From Macrostomum lignano (taxonomy: Eukaryota): 64,000 nucleotides of DNA. The first letter of the stretch is position 1. Each line of letters starts with the position of its first letter. The stretch is taken from the NCBI GenBank assembly GCA_002269645.1, contig NIVC01000031.1, positions 1,054,001 to 1,118,000 on the forward strand, in the 5' to 3' direction. The notes beneath the pieces were generated by a model. The model worked only from the letters and a program-made list of their open reading frames with translations, was not told the DNA's origin and did not search any database. This document shows, in pieces, positions 27,070 to 39,810 of the stretch. The position numbers were made by a program, and so were the translations under genes.

Positions 27070-27715
27070 AATGAGTCTACCAGAATCCTAATGAATCTAC
27101 CTGAATTCTAATGATTCTACCTGAATCATAACGAGTCTACCTGAATCTTAATGAGTCTACCTGAATCCTAATGAGTCCACCTGAATCCTAATGATTCTAC
27201 CATATTTCTTCTGAGTTGACATGAATTCTAATGAACTTACATGAATCCTAGTGAATCTACCTGAATCCTAATGAGTCTACCTTTAACCTAATGAGTCTAC
27301 CCGAATCCTATTGAGTCTACCTAAATCCTAATGAGTCTACCTGAATTCTAATGAGCCTACCTGAATCCTAATGAGTTGACATAAAGCATAATGAGCTGAC
27401 ATGAGCCCTAATAAGTTGACATGAACCCTAATGAGCTGACATGAATCCCAATCAGTTGACATAAACCCTAATGAATTGACATTAACCCTAATGAGCTGAC
27501 ATGAATCCTAATGAGTTGACATAAACCTTAATGAGCTGACATGAATCCTAATGAGTTGACATAAACTTAATGAGCTGACATGAATCCTAATGAGTTGACA
27601 TAAACCCTAATGAGCTGACATAAATCCTAATGAGTTGACATAAGCCCTAATGAGCTGACATGAATCATAATGAGGCTTCTCGAATTCTATTACGACTACC
27701 TGAATCCAAATTTGT
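27070..27715. repeat. 20-bp minisatellite (ATGAGTCTACCTGAATCCTA) changing to an alternating 40-bp dimer
   Basis: Monomer in the first half; from about 27360 alternating ATGAGCTGACATGAATCCTA / ATGAGTTGACATAAACCCTA. Confidence 0.93.
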
Positions 27716-28896
27716 AGTTTGAAGAAAACAGCTGGGCTAAAAATTTGAACGCAAAAGAAGTGAAAAAATATGAGGTCAGAAATAGAAGTACAGAGTTCAG
27801 ATTATAAGACACTTAAAACAGCTTTCCTTTCGTCGTTATGTAAACAGCGTTCATTATAAGTACTCTGAATCAAGAAGAGGCCAAGTGGCCTAAATAAACA
27901 AAAACCCACTTAACAGAAAGTGCCCACTTTATATATACGAATCTTGGAATTTCTTTAAAAAAGTAGAAACGAACTTCAAAAATTGCAACGGGACAGTTCT
28001 AATAAACTACCGATATGTTTCCAGTATATAAAAATGACTAGCTAATGCCCAATGATACAAAAGCCACATACATAAGCACTCTGAAAATGATCTTAGTCTA
28101 GGCATGAAGACACAAGTAGCCATTTTTCATAATGAATAATTCAGGTTATTAGCAGGTCGATAATTGACCTGACAGAAAGAGATTCGGGGGTGGGGTGGTT
28201 AGCAAGCGAGTAGAAAAATATGGGGTTGGAACCTACCATACCAGATGCCAAATACACGAGTGGGTGTTTAGGGGATAAAAGGTTTAAGTTCCGCCTTTAA
28301 GGATAGAAAGAATGGAATAACTCTGTCTTCAACCAGTCCAGAATCGGCCCCATAATCTTTCAGGAGACTGTCGGAACTCCCAGCACCAGGTGGATAGGAC
28401 TGCACCCTATCAGTTTAGCATGGCAACCAAGCCAAGACAGGCCAAACTAGAGGAAATGAAATATATGGGAGCCAGCCCCTAGAAAAAGACACGAAAAGGA
28501 AATCCCGCTAGACTAGAAAATCCATCCCCCACTATATGCCTCTACAAAAACCCGATGAAAGCTAAAGAGAGAAGACCATAGCCAATTTCTCTTTGTGCCC
28601 CCCAGTGCACCCGAATCCAATATAATGCCTCTAAGCTAATTATCACGAGATGAATGAATCACAGCTGGTCCTGTTAAGGCTTGGTTGGCAGTCAGACGCC
28701 CCAGTCAACAAGGCGGGCGCACGCGCTGGCAGGAGGCAGAAAAAGCCCAAATTAAAATATGAAGCATGACCAGGCTAAGTTACTGGAAAATAAAGACTTA
28801 ATTTGACTTCTATTTCCAGCTCTGGTATATAAAGTCTTTGTTCAACAAAGTATCTAGAAAACTAAGATGCACATGTTTCTGTATGGCAGACATGCT

Positions 28897-29130
28897 GGTA
28901 AACTTTTTTTACCTCAAGGTCCTAGAAAAAAAAGAAGAGAGATTAGATTAGATAAGAGATGAAAGGAGAGGAGATGGGTGAGATGAGATGAGAAGAGAGA
29001 AGAGATTGAGATGAGGAAAAGAGAGAAGAGATGAGAAAGATAAGAGAGAAGATATGAGAGAAGATGAGGAGAGGAAAGAAGAGATGGGAAAGATGATCGT
29101 GAGGAGAGAAGAGAGCTGAAAAGAGACACA
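28897..29130 (-). mobile_element. hAT MITE family 1 partial copy
   Basis: GGTAAACTTTTTTTACCTCAAGGTCCTAGA matches the reverse complement of the family end; GA tract; GAGCTGAAAAGAGACACA matches the core. Confidence 0.6.
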
Positions 29131-31654
29131 ATATATAAATTAAATTTAGACTAAATTTAATAAATAACTTTTACAAGCCTATACCAATAGATAGCAAGTT
29201 AAGCAACATTGGCATGAGCAACAATCAATCAATATGAACAAATGGACCTGCAGAAAAAAATCAAGACAGTTGGAAAAAACCTCCATGAAGTAGCCAGTGG
29301 AAAGAGCAAGAAACCTAGTATTTCTATACAAGGGGTTGGACAACATCAAATTTTTAAATCAAATTTCAAATTTGAAATTAGCTCTGTCAAGATGATATTA
29401 TAGGTTAGATGTGATCCTGATCCTAATCCTAAAGTCTTTAGATTCTGAGGAAAATTGATTTCCATGGGATCAGCATTTTAACATTAAAAAATGGAAATTG
29501 GGAACAGATCTTTTGATTTGAAATTTCTAGAATGCAAATTGATTACTTGAATGCATTTTATTGGCTTGTTGGCTTTCTCCTATTGTGGGTTTTCTCTCAG
29601 TCCAGGTGTTATCAGGATGTTCTGCCTTCTAAGGCAATTTCCTAGATTCGAAATCTAGAGTTCCTGTTCTTTGAGAATGGAGTGAATTCTCCCAATTTTC
29701 AGGCTATTTCTAAGTTGCTATCTACTACTCGAAATAAGTAACACAAGAGCAATTACTTTTGAGGCTGATTATAAGTTTCTTTTTGAATACAGAAAAATCT
29801 AGAGAAATAGCTTGTGTAATGGTGAAAGTGAGTTTGAAAACAATAGAGGAACACATTCGAATGGATTTATTTGGTTTGCCTTGCAGCTGGCCACTGTTTA
29901 TTGTAAATTTTCCCTACTATTTATAACAAAACAATGATATATAGAATATACAAAATAGTTCTAATATTTATGTAATTGTGCTATTTGAATATTTTACCTT
30001 TCTAATAAGTGTAAGAATAATGCTTGAATAATATTGTACCTTTCTTAGAAATTAAATCTATGTGAGACACTAAATATTAGTTTGTTTGAATGCACCAAAT
30101 ATTTGTTATAATACAGTAAATCATTTCTTTTAATACACAAAATAAATTGGGGAAAAATTTTTGTTAATTGTATTGGGAAATTTTGGGATACATATGGGAG
30201 CAATTTTGCAGCCAAATAAAATCAACTGGCTATGTGTCTGTGAGCACTCATTGCAATCAAAGCTAATAGCAGTTCAATCTACAAATCCTTAGAGACCTTG
30301 AAGTTAAGAGCAACTTATTCATTTGGAAAGCTGAGAAACAGTTCTAAGAAACTTGCTAAGAGAAGGAGTTGGGGACTAATTTGCAGAGATATACTAGAGA
30401 GTTGCGTTGTGACCCTGAAGTCTCAGTAACACCGATTGGACTAACTCATGGACCAATACTAAACCACTTAAGCCATACATTAGATGCTATCAGAATAAAA
30501 TATTAGATGCTACCTAGAAACATAATAGAGATAAGTGGATAACTGGTTCTAAGAAACATAGAAGAAAGAGAATTAAACTCTATCACAACTTTGATATCAG
30601 CAGGTGGGATTTTCATAGAGAGAAGTTTCCTCTGCAACAAATTGGTGGCATAATTTAGAGGAAAGAACTAAGCCCTACAACATTTATATAGTATAACAAA
30701 ATACATTAAATATAAGTAATGAACAATAGTACACTAAAAGACCTGATCCTAATTCCTAAATCCCCAATCCTGAACAAAACCCATGAAAAAATTATTCCCA
30801 ATCCTAATTCCACAAAATGACTTCAATCCCATCTGACCTCTAGATGATATCAATTCTATTAAGATTCAAATTAACATACACTTAATGTAAAAAGTTTGTA
30901 AACATTTTTAGAAATCTTATTAGAGTGAAAATATTCTTAAATTGTAGGTGTCTTTTGTTAAAATATTGTAAGAAACTGTTATAGCTAAATAAAAATGCAT
31001 TTTTAAAATCATAAATCTGCAATTGAGATCAAGAGATCTAGTCTGACCATTACTTTATTATTAATATTTTTATAACACTTAACTTTAAAATAAACTCACT
31101 AAAAATTTATATTGAATAGCTCACTGAATATTTTATTGAAATTGATATATTTTTTATATTTTGGCAAAATTTTAATTCTTTTTGCTGATATATATAGAGG
31201 TTAAACATTTGTTTTAGCAAGCATTGACTAATTTATCCTAGGTCTAAAACTATGTCTATCTCTGTCTGTCTGTCTTTCTTTCTGTCTGTGTCTGTTTGTC
31301 TGTCTGTCTGTGGATACCAAAATGAAAACCAAGATGTTAGGTGACATAAAAAAGTTAGAACTAGAAGTAAAGAAAATTCCTTTTTAAACTATATAATATT
31401 AAAAATATTGGATTTTAGACATTTAGTATAAGGCCTATACCTAGGGACATACATGCCCAACACCCGTCCAACCCATCTGAACCAGACGGGTGAAATGGCC
31501 GCCAGCCAAGGTAAGTCGCAAAATCAAAAATTGGAAAACGAAAAATTGGGGAAAGAAAAAAAGGAGAGGAAGAGAAAAGGAAAAGAAAGGAGGAAGAAAA
31601 AAAGAGGGGAAAGAGGAGAGAGAAAGAGAAAGAGAAGAAAAGAGAATAGAGGAA

Positions 31655-31907
31655 CTAATCAGGAGGAACTAAGTCACAATCAGGAAGAACTAAGTTGCAA
31701 TCGGGAGGAACTAAGTCACAATCAGGAAGAACTAAGTTGCAATCGGGAGGAACTAAGTTGCAATCGGGAGGAACTAAGTCGCAATCAGGAGGAACTAAGT
31801 CGCAATTGGGAGGAACTAAGTTGCAATCAGGAAGAACTAAGTCGCAATTGGGAGGAACTAAGTCGCAATCAGGAGGAACTAAGTCACAATCGAGAGAAAC
31901 TAAGTTG
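31655..31907. repeat. 21-bp minisatellite (AATCAGGAGGAACTAAGTCGC), about 12 copies
   Basis: Directly visible. Confidence 0.93.
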
Positions 31908-32019
31908 TCTTGAATCCCATATTCTAAATCGTCTTAAAATCCTCTGTAAAGCCTTTCAAATACCATATTTTGTTTTCCCTGTTTGCAAAAACTGACTTCC
32001 ATTGTCCAGACTCAGACTC

Positions 32020-32760
32020 TCATGTCTCTTCTCTGCATTCTCGCGTTACTCTTTTCTTCTTCCTCCACTCTACCTCTTTATTTATCTCTTCTCCCTCGTG
32101 TTTCGTCTGTATCCTTTCCTGTCTCCTCTCTTCTCTCTTATTTCTCCCCTCTTCTCTCCTCTCTCATATCTCATCTCTACTTACTTATCTATCGTCTCTC
32201 CTATACCCTCTCTCTTCTCTTTTCTCTCTCCTCTCTGCTCTTGTTTATCATATCTCCTATGCCCTCTCCTTTCTTATCTCCCATCTTTCTTGCTTCCTTT
32301 CTACTATCTTGATTCTATCTTCTCCCCTTTGTCTTTTCTCTTCTATAATCTCTAATCTTTTCTCTCTCTTATTTTCTTAATCATATCTTTTCTCATTGCA
32401 TCTTTCATCTGTCCTCTCTGCACTCTTACCTTTACCTTCTTTCTTTCTCCTCACTACTTTCTTCTTTTAACTCTCTCATCTCTGATCTTTCATCTCTCTC
32501 CTCTCTTTTATTTCAGCTGTATGCTCTTATCCCTCCTTTCTTCTCTCATCTCTCCTGTCTCCTCTCTGCTATCTCATAACTCCCCTCTCATCTCCTCTCT
32601 CCTCTTCTCTTGTTTCTCCCTCTTCATTCCTACTTTACTCCTCTTTTCTCTCCCATCTGTCATCTCTAATCTGTCCTCTCTCATATCTACTCTCTTTTCT
32701 ATCATCTCTCCTCTATTTGTTCACTCTTCTCTATACTTTCTCTTCTCTGACTCATTTAAT
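32020..32760. repeat. Degenerate CT-rich low-complexity tract
   Basis: Polypyrimidine tract; explains the L/S-rich ORFs. Confidence 0.85.
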
Positions 32761-34871
32761 GTGCCAAATCCATTAAAATCCTCTCCATAAAAATGAACTC
32801 TATCAAAATCTCTTCATGAGACTGAACTTCATCAAAATCCTTTTTGATAAACTACAAATATATATTTTTCTCGGAGAACTCTTGGAGGATTCTTTGGCCA
32901 TCAGTCTCAAACTCCGAATCTGAGTCCAAATGAATGGCTGTGTTGTGGTTGGATCCCCGCTTCAGTACTAGCATCAGTTGATAATCAAGATTCTATAGCA
33001 ATAGATTCAGCATGAGCAATGCGCCGTCGTACAAATTCTGTCTTAAGACTTCTAGTTTCTTCTTTATTTCAAAAACAGCTTCTTTTTCAGCTGACATTAC
33101 TTGAGAAGAGTAATGTCGTTGCATCTGCACTATGAATTTCAATTTTTTGCATTCTGCATAGATAGATCTCTATTAGAAGCAACAACCTCTGGATTTTGCA
33201 CTGCCATTAACAGTCCCTCTCTGTGTGAGCTTGCTGAACATTGGGATGGTGGTGCTTCTAGTTCCCTTGAATGTGCTGCAGCTGCACCATCACCTGATCC
33301 CCCAGGCTGCACTTAAGATTGCTAGTAAATTTTCTTTTAATATCCAATGCACACCACAACAATCATTAACTTCTCCAGGAGTTACATGACCAAGTTTCCA
33401 TTGTGTAAAGAGCAATGGCTTTCGCTCTTCAGCTGCAGAAAGGGGACACTAGTTGATGGAATAGTCTTCATGGCCATTTTCATCCTATTCATATGCAAGA
33501 TTCAATATATAGTCAGGTGCAGGCCTATCTTTAAGTGAAGTATATAATGACTCAAAGAATGTACACCTATATATATGAGTGCATGAGTGTATATATACAA
33601 GTTAGTTTGCCAGACATACAGTACAGTATGTAGGGAGTATAGCTTACAGGGTATAGGCTACAGTGCAGTTTAGTACTGCATAAGTGAATAAGTGAATGAT
33701 AAATCAATCGGGAAAGAGAGTGAAGGTAGGAAAAGAGAAGAGAAATGAGGTACTTCCATTTTTCAATAAGCATAAGCATGCAATGCATGCTACCCCCCCC
33801 CCAGTCTTTTAGTGTGGTAGTGCATAGGTAAGTCACAAATCTGGACAAAACTAAGTTGCACCAGACAGGTGAAATTTTGAGGTTGGGCATGTATGCCTAG
33901 GGAGACTAAGAGCCTAGAAGGGATACTAAATTATGATAGGGCCTATTAATACTATATTAATAGTAATGGTCAATATTAAACTAGGATAGCCTAAACTAAA
34001 AGTAAAGTTTTAAGGCTAAAGCTGATGTTATATTAATCATATAAGTCCCATCATATAAGTCCTACATTTAAGTTGTCAGCTATCTAAGACTAAGAGGAGA
34101 TATACATTAAACCTAGCTAGGCCTAGGCCCTAAGCCAAAATATAAAGGCAGATAGATGTACATTTATCTCGACAAATTATTTACAAATTATTACGCCCAA
34201 CTCTTGGAACATAGAAATAAATTTAGTATGGATTATTAACATTCCTCATCGACATCCATGACCATGACCATGAATGGCATGATTGCATGCCCAGGCGATG
34301 GGGCCGGGCCAATGTCCATGATCATGGTTATATGGCTAGAGGCTAATAAAAAAAACTTTAAAATTTAAGACACTTAAAACCATTCTAGACCACTGGTGCG
34401 TCGAGAAAATATGTTCGCTATGTTGCTACAACAATCCTGAGAATTTCTTTGACTTTGATGATGATTGAGTACATTTTAACGGTCGTTCGTAGAAATAAAA
34501 AACACAGATTAATTTAGTTAATTGAATATGTGCAGCAGTTTTAAAGTCAAAAGGCAGATATTTACCCTAAAGGACGTAATAAAAAATTGAAAAAAATATA
34601 TGTCAAAGCAAAAAGTATAAACTTTTTTTCCTTTCATCTCAAGCAAATATGCTTTAAATGCAACTTTGCTTTACTTTTTAATGTTGCAAACCGGACATGT
34701 CCTAAAGTTAAGTCCGAATATACCACATATCGCAAGGACTACTCACGTAGACTACTTGAGTGTCCTTAATTCCGTTTATTCAATTTTTGTCCATATAATT
34801 TTATTCGAAGTTCATTAAAGATAAATGTATGAAGCAGCCATGAACTATTCCTAATGCCGTTACAATTGTAC

Positions 34872-36590
34872 GCCACAACAACAACAAACAACAAAGTATG
34901 CAGACCCGCATGCAAGGTCACAGTTAGAGCAAGGTGCGTCAGATGGCGCGCCGCAGAGCCTTAGAGCGGACGAAAGTGTCGGGCGCCCCGGCGTTGCGTA
35001 GGAGGCAGTCCACGTATCCACGTTGGGCCTGACCCTGCCTGAACGGGCCCCTGCAAGGTGAGCAGCAGAACGTCCTTAACAGGTTGGGGGCAGTAGCCCT
35101 CGGCTCGGAACACGTGGCCCGCCAGTTGAAGTCGCCGCCGGCGCAGGATGGTGGACGGGCGCTGCAGCTCGGCCCGATCGTACAGGGCCTCGGTCCCGAC
35201 GCTCTCGTCAGCTCGAAAGGCCGCACGGAGCAGCCTTGAGTGTGCCGAGTCCAGCTGCCACTCTAGCGTAGCCGTTAGCGTCGACGTCTCGGCGTAGTAG
35301 AGCAGGACGGTTTCGACCACCGCCTGTCACAGCCGAGCCCTCTGGCGGTCGGGCAGCGCTTCGGACTGGAGGATGGCTCGGATCGAACGGAAGGCCGCCC
35401 AGGCAAGTCCTCTGCGCCGCCAGAGGTCTTCCTCCACGTGAGGCACCAGACTATCGAGGTAGGTGAACCGCTGGCTGCGTGCGAGCCTGGTCGTCTGCCC
35501 GTCTGCGCCGCGGAACGTCAGGTCCGCTGTGATGTCGGCCGGCACAGTCCGCACCTCGGCCTTCAGCGTGTTGACAACCAGACCGACGCTCGATGCCACC
35601 TCAACCAGCCTGTCGATCTGGCGCTGGGCGCCTTCAACGGACGAGGACAGGAGGGCGAGGTCGTCGGCGTAGCCAAACACGCTCAGGCGCTTTTCGCCGT
35701 GGCGGCGACCGATACGTCTGCGCAGCAAGAAGCCGTCGTCAGCCGAATTAAGGGAGTGCGGTCCGAAGCACCCAGTCCAGCAGCAGCACGAAGAGGAAGG
35801 GCGACAGCGTGTCGCCCTGCAGAACTCCTGACAAAGTGTCGAACAGGTCAGACAGGCCGTCCGCCGTCACCACAGCTAGCAGCTCGAGTGTCGCAATACA
35901 TCGCCATGATAGCGTCGATTAGCTGCTGGGGTACACGGTAGGCTCGAAGGACAAAGAGAAGCGCGGTTCTCAACACGAGTCAAACGCCTTTCGAAAGTCA
36001 ACGAAGACAATGATCAGCGTAGACTGGTGGATGCGCGCCTCCTCGATGACACGACCGAGTGCAGGATCTGGGTCACTGTACCGCGTTGGGGCCAGAATCC
36101 GTTCTGCTCGTACCACAGGTATAGGTCCGGCACCGACTGCAGGCGATCGAGCAGCAGCCGGTTGAAAAGCTTCGCGGTGCAGGACATCAGCGAGATGTTA
36201 CGGTGGTCTTCTTTCCGCGTTGTCCCTGCCTTCTTTGGGATCGGCACGATTTGCGAGACGGTCCACTCGGTGGGCGCAGGGGCGCCGGCGAGCATGCGGT
36301 TCATGACACCTGTGGACTGGGAGGCCACACAGCGGAGCCGCAGCGCTTCGACCGGAACTTCGTCGGGGCCGAGCGCCTTTTCGCCTGATGTTTTCTGAGC
36401 GAACAGCACAACGTCCTCCGTGGTGACCGGGCTGGTGCAAAAGTCCTCCTCAGCTAGGAGCGGCGTGTCCAGAGGAAGCGCAAAACTGGCAGGCAGCGGC
36501 GACGCGGGCGCGCTCACGACGCCAGTGAAGAAGTCGCGCAATTCATTCCTGCGCTCCTCCGGGGTGTCGCCGGCCAGGTTCAGCGCCGGC
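34872..36590 (-). mobile_element. 5'-truncated, frameshifted RTE-type non-LTR retrotransposon (RT domain and 3' end with TTG tail)
   Basis: RT motifs across shifted frames: KALGPDEVP, WTVSQIVPIPKK, HRNISLMSCTAKLFNRLL, FVDFRKAFDS, GVLQGDTLSPFLF, GYADDLAL, FTYLDS; (TTG)n-like tail at about 34872-34895. Confidence 0.92.
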
Positions 36591-37147
36591 TGTTATTTAA
36601 AAATTACAAAAAATGTTTGGAAAACAGTTTGATCATGCATTTAATGGATGAAAAACTGGGCGCCCATAGACTTAAAGGAGCCCCCAAATTTTTTCACCAT
36701 GATTTTGCTCGTTTCGCGTCCCGAGTGTTTTAGTTGTCCCTGATCGGACAGTTATTTTTATCGGATTTATTTCTTTTTCGCTGATGGCTCAGATGAGGAG
36801 CTAAATTAGCAGGCACTGGTCACAGTGGACCAATGGCAAGGCAGTTCTCAGTCGATCAATCTATCAAATCAGTTAGTGAAACTGCCAATATTGCAAAATC
36901 GGTGCTAGAGATATGTACGTAATTTTATACACTCTAGATTTGCCAAGCGGCTCGAGAAGTAAATCATGCGATCTCTTGTTACAAGTCTGTTTTGACAACT
37001 TGTTCTTTAACTTTTTCGGCCGATGCCTTCTAAGCAGCTTTTGCTTTTCTATTTTATTTTATTCCATTTAAAGTGGTGTGCCTTTTTGTGCTCGATACAT
37101 ATACAGGTAAATAAAATAGTCTATGAATACACTCAGTTAAATGAAAG

Positions 37148-37273
37148 TTATTTATTTCTGTAGTCTGAAGCAAAAGCAGAGGACTCGTTTCTTGACCGAG
37201 GCGAAGCCTAGGCCTGAATGCGAGTCCGAAGCTTATGCTTCAGACCATAGACTAAAATAAACAGAAATAATAA
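37148..37273. repeat. Imperfect fold-back palindrome, about 125 bp, with a GCGAAGC apex
   Basis: Left arm ATTTCTG..TAGTCTGAAGCAAAAGCAGAGGACTCG pairs with right arm CGAGTCCGAAGCTTATGCTTCAGAC..CAGAAAT; apex CCGAGGC-GAA-GCCTAGG at 37195-37211. Confidence 0.8.
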
Positions 37274-38478
37274 TTTATACCCCGTTTGGCTATATTAACA
37301 TAGTAAATTTTAACCATAGAGAAGTGTTGATTCGATGCCGTTCACAAAACGACTGTGTTGGGTATTTAAGAGTGAGTAGTTGTCTCTATCCATTATACTA
37401 AAAATGTCTCTACTAAACCTTTTCTGTGACATTTTCGAGTTATCTGCTTTAAATCACTTAGTCTTGCTGAATTCGAAGCTGTCTTTAGTGACTTGCCATT
37501 GGCACCCGCAACCGACTATCCGAGTTTGAGCAAGCGCGATCTCAACTACGTTCTCAAGTGTTTTATCTTAGAGATCCGAAATTAATGTGGTGATCGCTAT
37601 GGCGCTTCTACGTTGAAGGATTATTTTCAGCATGCTGCAATACTACTTGTTCAACCATGGAAAGCCATGGAGCCTCTGGAAGGACGGGGAATTCAATGAG
37701 AGCCGACGTCCTAAGAGAAACTCTGATCTGAAGGTGTGATTGGTAGTGATGTTCACGACAACTGGTGAGTTCTGTGATTTGGGGGGGGGGTCAATGTGGA
37801 GTTGTGCGGGTTGATTGTCTACTTTGATTGAGTTGATCTGTTAGGACCCATTGACTCACTTTTATAATCTGTTGCTTGTACATACATGTATTTCTTTGAG
37901 TCCTTTCTTGTGGCTCATTCGTTTGTCTTATTTAGTTGAATCGTTTATTTGGCCGGGACAGATAAACGTCTTTTACATTGGAACATACATGTAGACTTAT
38001 TTTCGGCGCGGCCAAAAGGGGTATAAATGGGGAATATTTGATGTATCCATCAGTTAACATTTATTTGCACTCAGTTCCAGTGCAAATAAATGAAATAAAC
38101 AATTAAACCATAGACTGCTGCACCAGTGCAACTGGGGGATACATCTTATATACTAAATTTGAGTTTGTTTGTTTGTTTGTTTGCTTGTAACAGAAAATCT
38201 TGCGAACGGAATGACCGATTTTCTCCGTTTTTGCACCATTAGATGGCAAATTGTCCGGAATCGGTACACGTATTTTTAATTTTTAATAAACAGGTTTTTG
38301 CCCATCTCGCTAATGTATTTTTTCGGCAGTGAGAGCTTGCAAACGGTTTTGGCCATAGATTATAATGCTAATAGCTGTGGGCTGCTTGGTTTTTATGTAG
38401 CCCACTGCTTCCTTTCCTTCTTTCTTTTCTTTGGTTTTTGAACCCTCTAATAGTGCTTTATCTATTTAGCCCCACTGT

Positions 38479-39516
38479 ATGATGGTGCGCCGTGGCGCAA
38501 GCCATTTGAAGAGAAGCCGTGACGCAAAGAAAAGACGACTGGCCGAGTCTGCTGGAGAGCGCGATGCCCGTCTGGAAGAGCAGCGGCGGCGAGACGCCGA
38601 GCGCCGCGCTGTTGAAGACGAGGCTGAGCGGTTTGCCCGTCTGGAGGAACAGCGGCAGAGACAGGCTTTGTTTCGCGCTGCTGAAGACGAGGCTGAGCGG
38701 ATTGCCCGTCTGGAGGAACAGCGGCAGAGACAGGCTTTGTTTCGCGCTGCTGAAGACGAGGCTGAGCGGATTGCCCGTCTGGAGGAACAGCGGCAGAGAC
38801 AGGCTTTGTTTCGCGCTGCTGAAGACGAGGCTGAGCGGATTGCCCGTCTGGAGGAACAGCGGCAGAGACAGGCTTTGTTTCGCGCTGCTGAGGACGAGGC
38901 TGAGCGGATTACCCGTCTGGAAGAGCAGCGGCAGAGACAGGCTGATTGTCGGCGCGGTGAATCTGTCACCAGGTTACTTTGTGTCGAATCTATTGTGCCC
39001 TTTAGTCAGTTGCAGGTCAATACCACCATTGGCGATGGCAACTGCTTTTTTCATGCCGTGTGCGACCAGCTACGTGGCACACCGCATGAAACCGATGCCG
39101 CTACCCTTCGGCACGAGTTGGCCTGTCGTGCAGTTGAACTTTTGCCACAGTTGGTCGCGAATGGCATCATCGCGCCTGATTGCGCCGATGAGATTGCGAA
39201 TTCCTCCTTTCATGAAGGGGTTTATATTTCAGACGAAGTGGCAGCTCTGTTTAGTAGCTGCTTTGACATGGACCTGGTGATTTACCAGTCCAATGGTAAT
39301 GTGCTGCAATATTTCAAGTGTGACAAGCAGCCTCCCAATGCCACTGTGCGTGTGCTCTTGAGTCACGAGCACTACGAGTCGCTCAGACTTCGACCGTCTC
39401 TGCAAGCTTCTTCAGGTGCAGAGTGTCCCAGGCCAATGGCAAGCGGCTCAAAGGCAGTGCCAGTTGACATCCACAGCTCATGTGCCGACATTGGAGCATC
39501 GGGTGATCATCGGTGA
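38479..39516 (+). CDS. STPR-repeat (23-aa) plus OTU-like cysteine protease
   Basis: About 5.5 near-identical 69-bp repeats encoding EDEAERIARLEEQRQRQALFRAA (23 aa, STPR-like E-x3-ER-x2-RL); OTU motifs IGDGNCFFHAV and HEHYESL with catalytic Cys and His. The stop TGA lies inside a GTGAGT donor at 39513. Confidence 0.82.
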   Translation: MMVRRGASHLKRSRDAKKRRLAESAGERDARLEEQRRRDAERRAVEDEAERFARLEEQRQRQALFRAAEDEAERIARLEEQRQRQALFRAAEDEAERIARLEEQRQRQALFRAAEDEAERIARLEEQRQRQALFRAAEDEAERITRLEEQRQRQADCRRGESVTRLLCVESIVPFSQLQVNTTIGDGNCFFHAVCDQLRGTPHETDAATLRHELACRAVELLPQLVANGIIAPDCADEIANSSFHEGVYISDEVAALFSSCFDMDLVIYQSNGNVLQYFKCDKQPPNATVRVLLSHEHYESLRLRPSLQASSGAECPRPMASGSKAVPVDIHSSCADIGASGDHR

Positions 39517-39810
39517 GTCTTCTTCATTTGTCTTTTTGATTTGAACTGCTGTCCTCACAATATGTCTTATTCCACTGTACTCACAGGCGTGCCGAGCCAT
39601 TGCTGCCATAGGCCCCGGCTCACCAGTGTGGACCAATGAACAATGAATCAAAGTCAAAACTAAATCTTTCTTCATCTACAGCAGCCACCGCGTGTCAACA
39701 ATAAAGATAATCTTTCTTCATCTACAGCAGCCACCGCGTGTCAACAATAAAGATAAGTGCATTACTATTTGTCAATTAAATCAATTATAAACTGTGCTAA
39801 TCAAATTATA

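Noticed and set aside
30180-30360. FWDTYGSNF..LAMCL peptide faintly like a hAT dimerisation domain
   Set aside because: Several stops and no clear ERxFS motif; needs a tBLASTn or HMM hit to be credible.
31453-31995. 180-aa ORF with heptad NQEELSR repeats that looks like a coiled coil
   Set aside because: Built from a GA tract plus a 21-bp minisatellite; no domain or splice support.
32940-33540. Coding-like composition on the minus strand
   Set aside because: Frames are broken and no recognisable motif was found.
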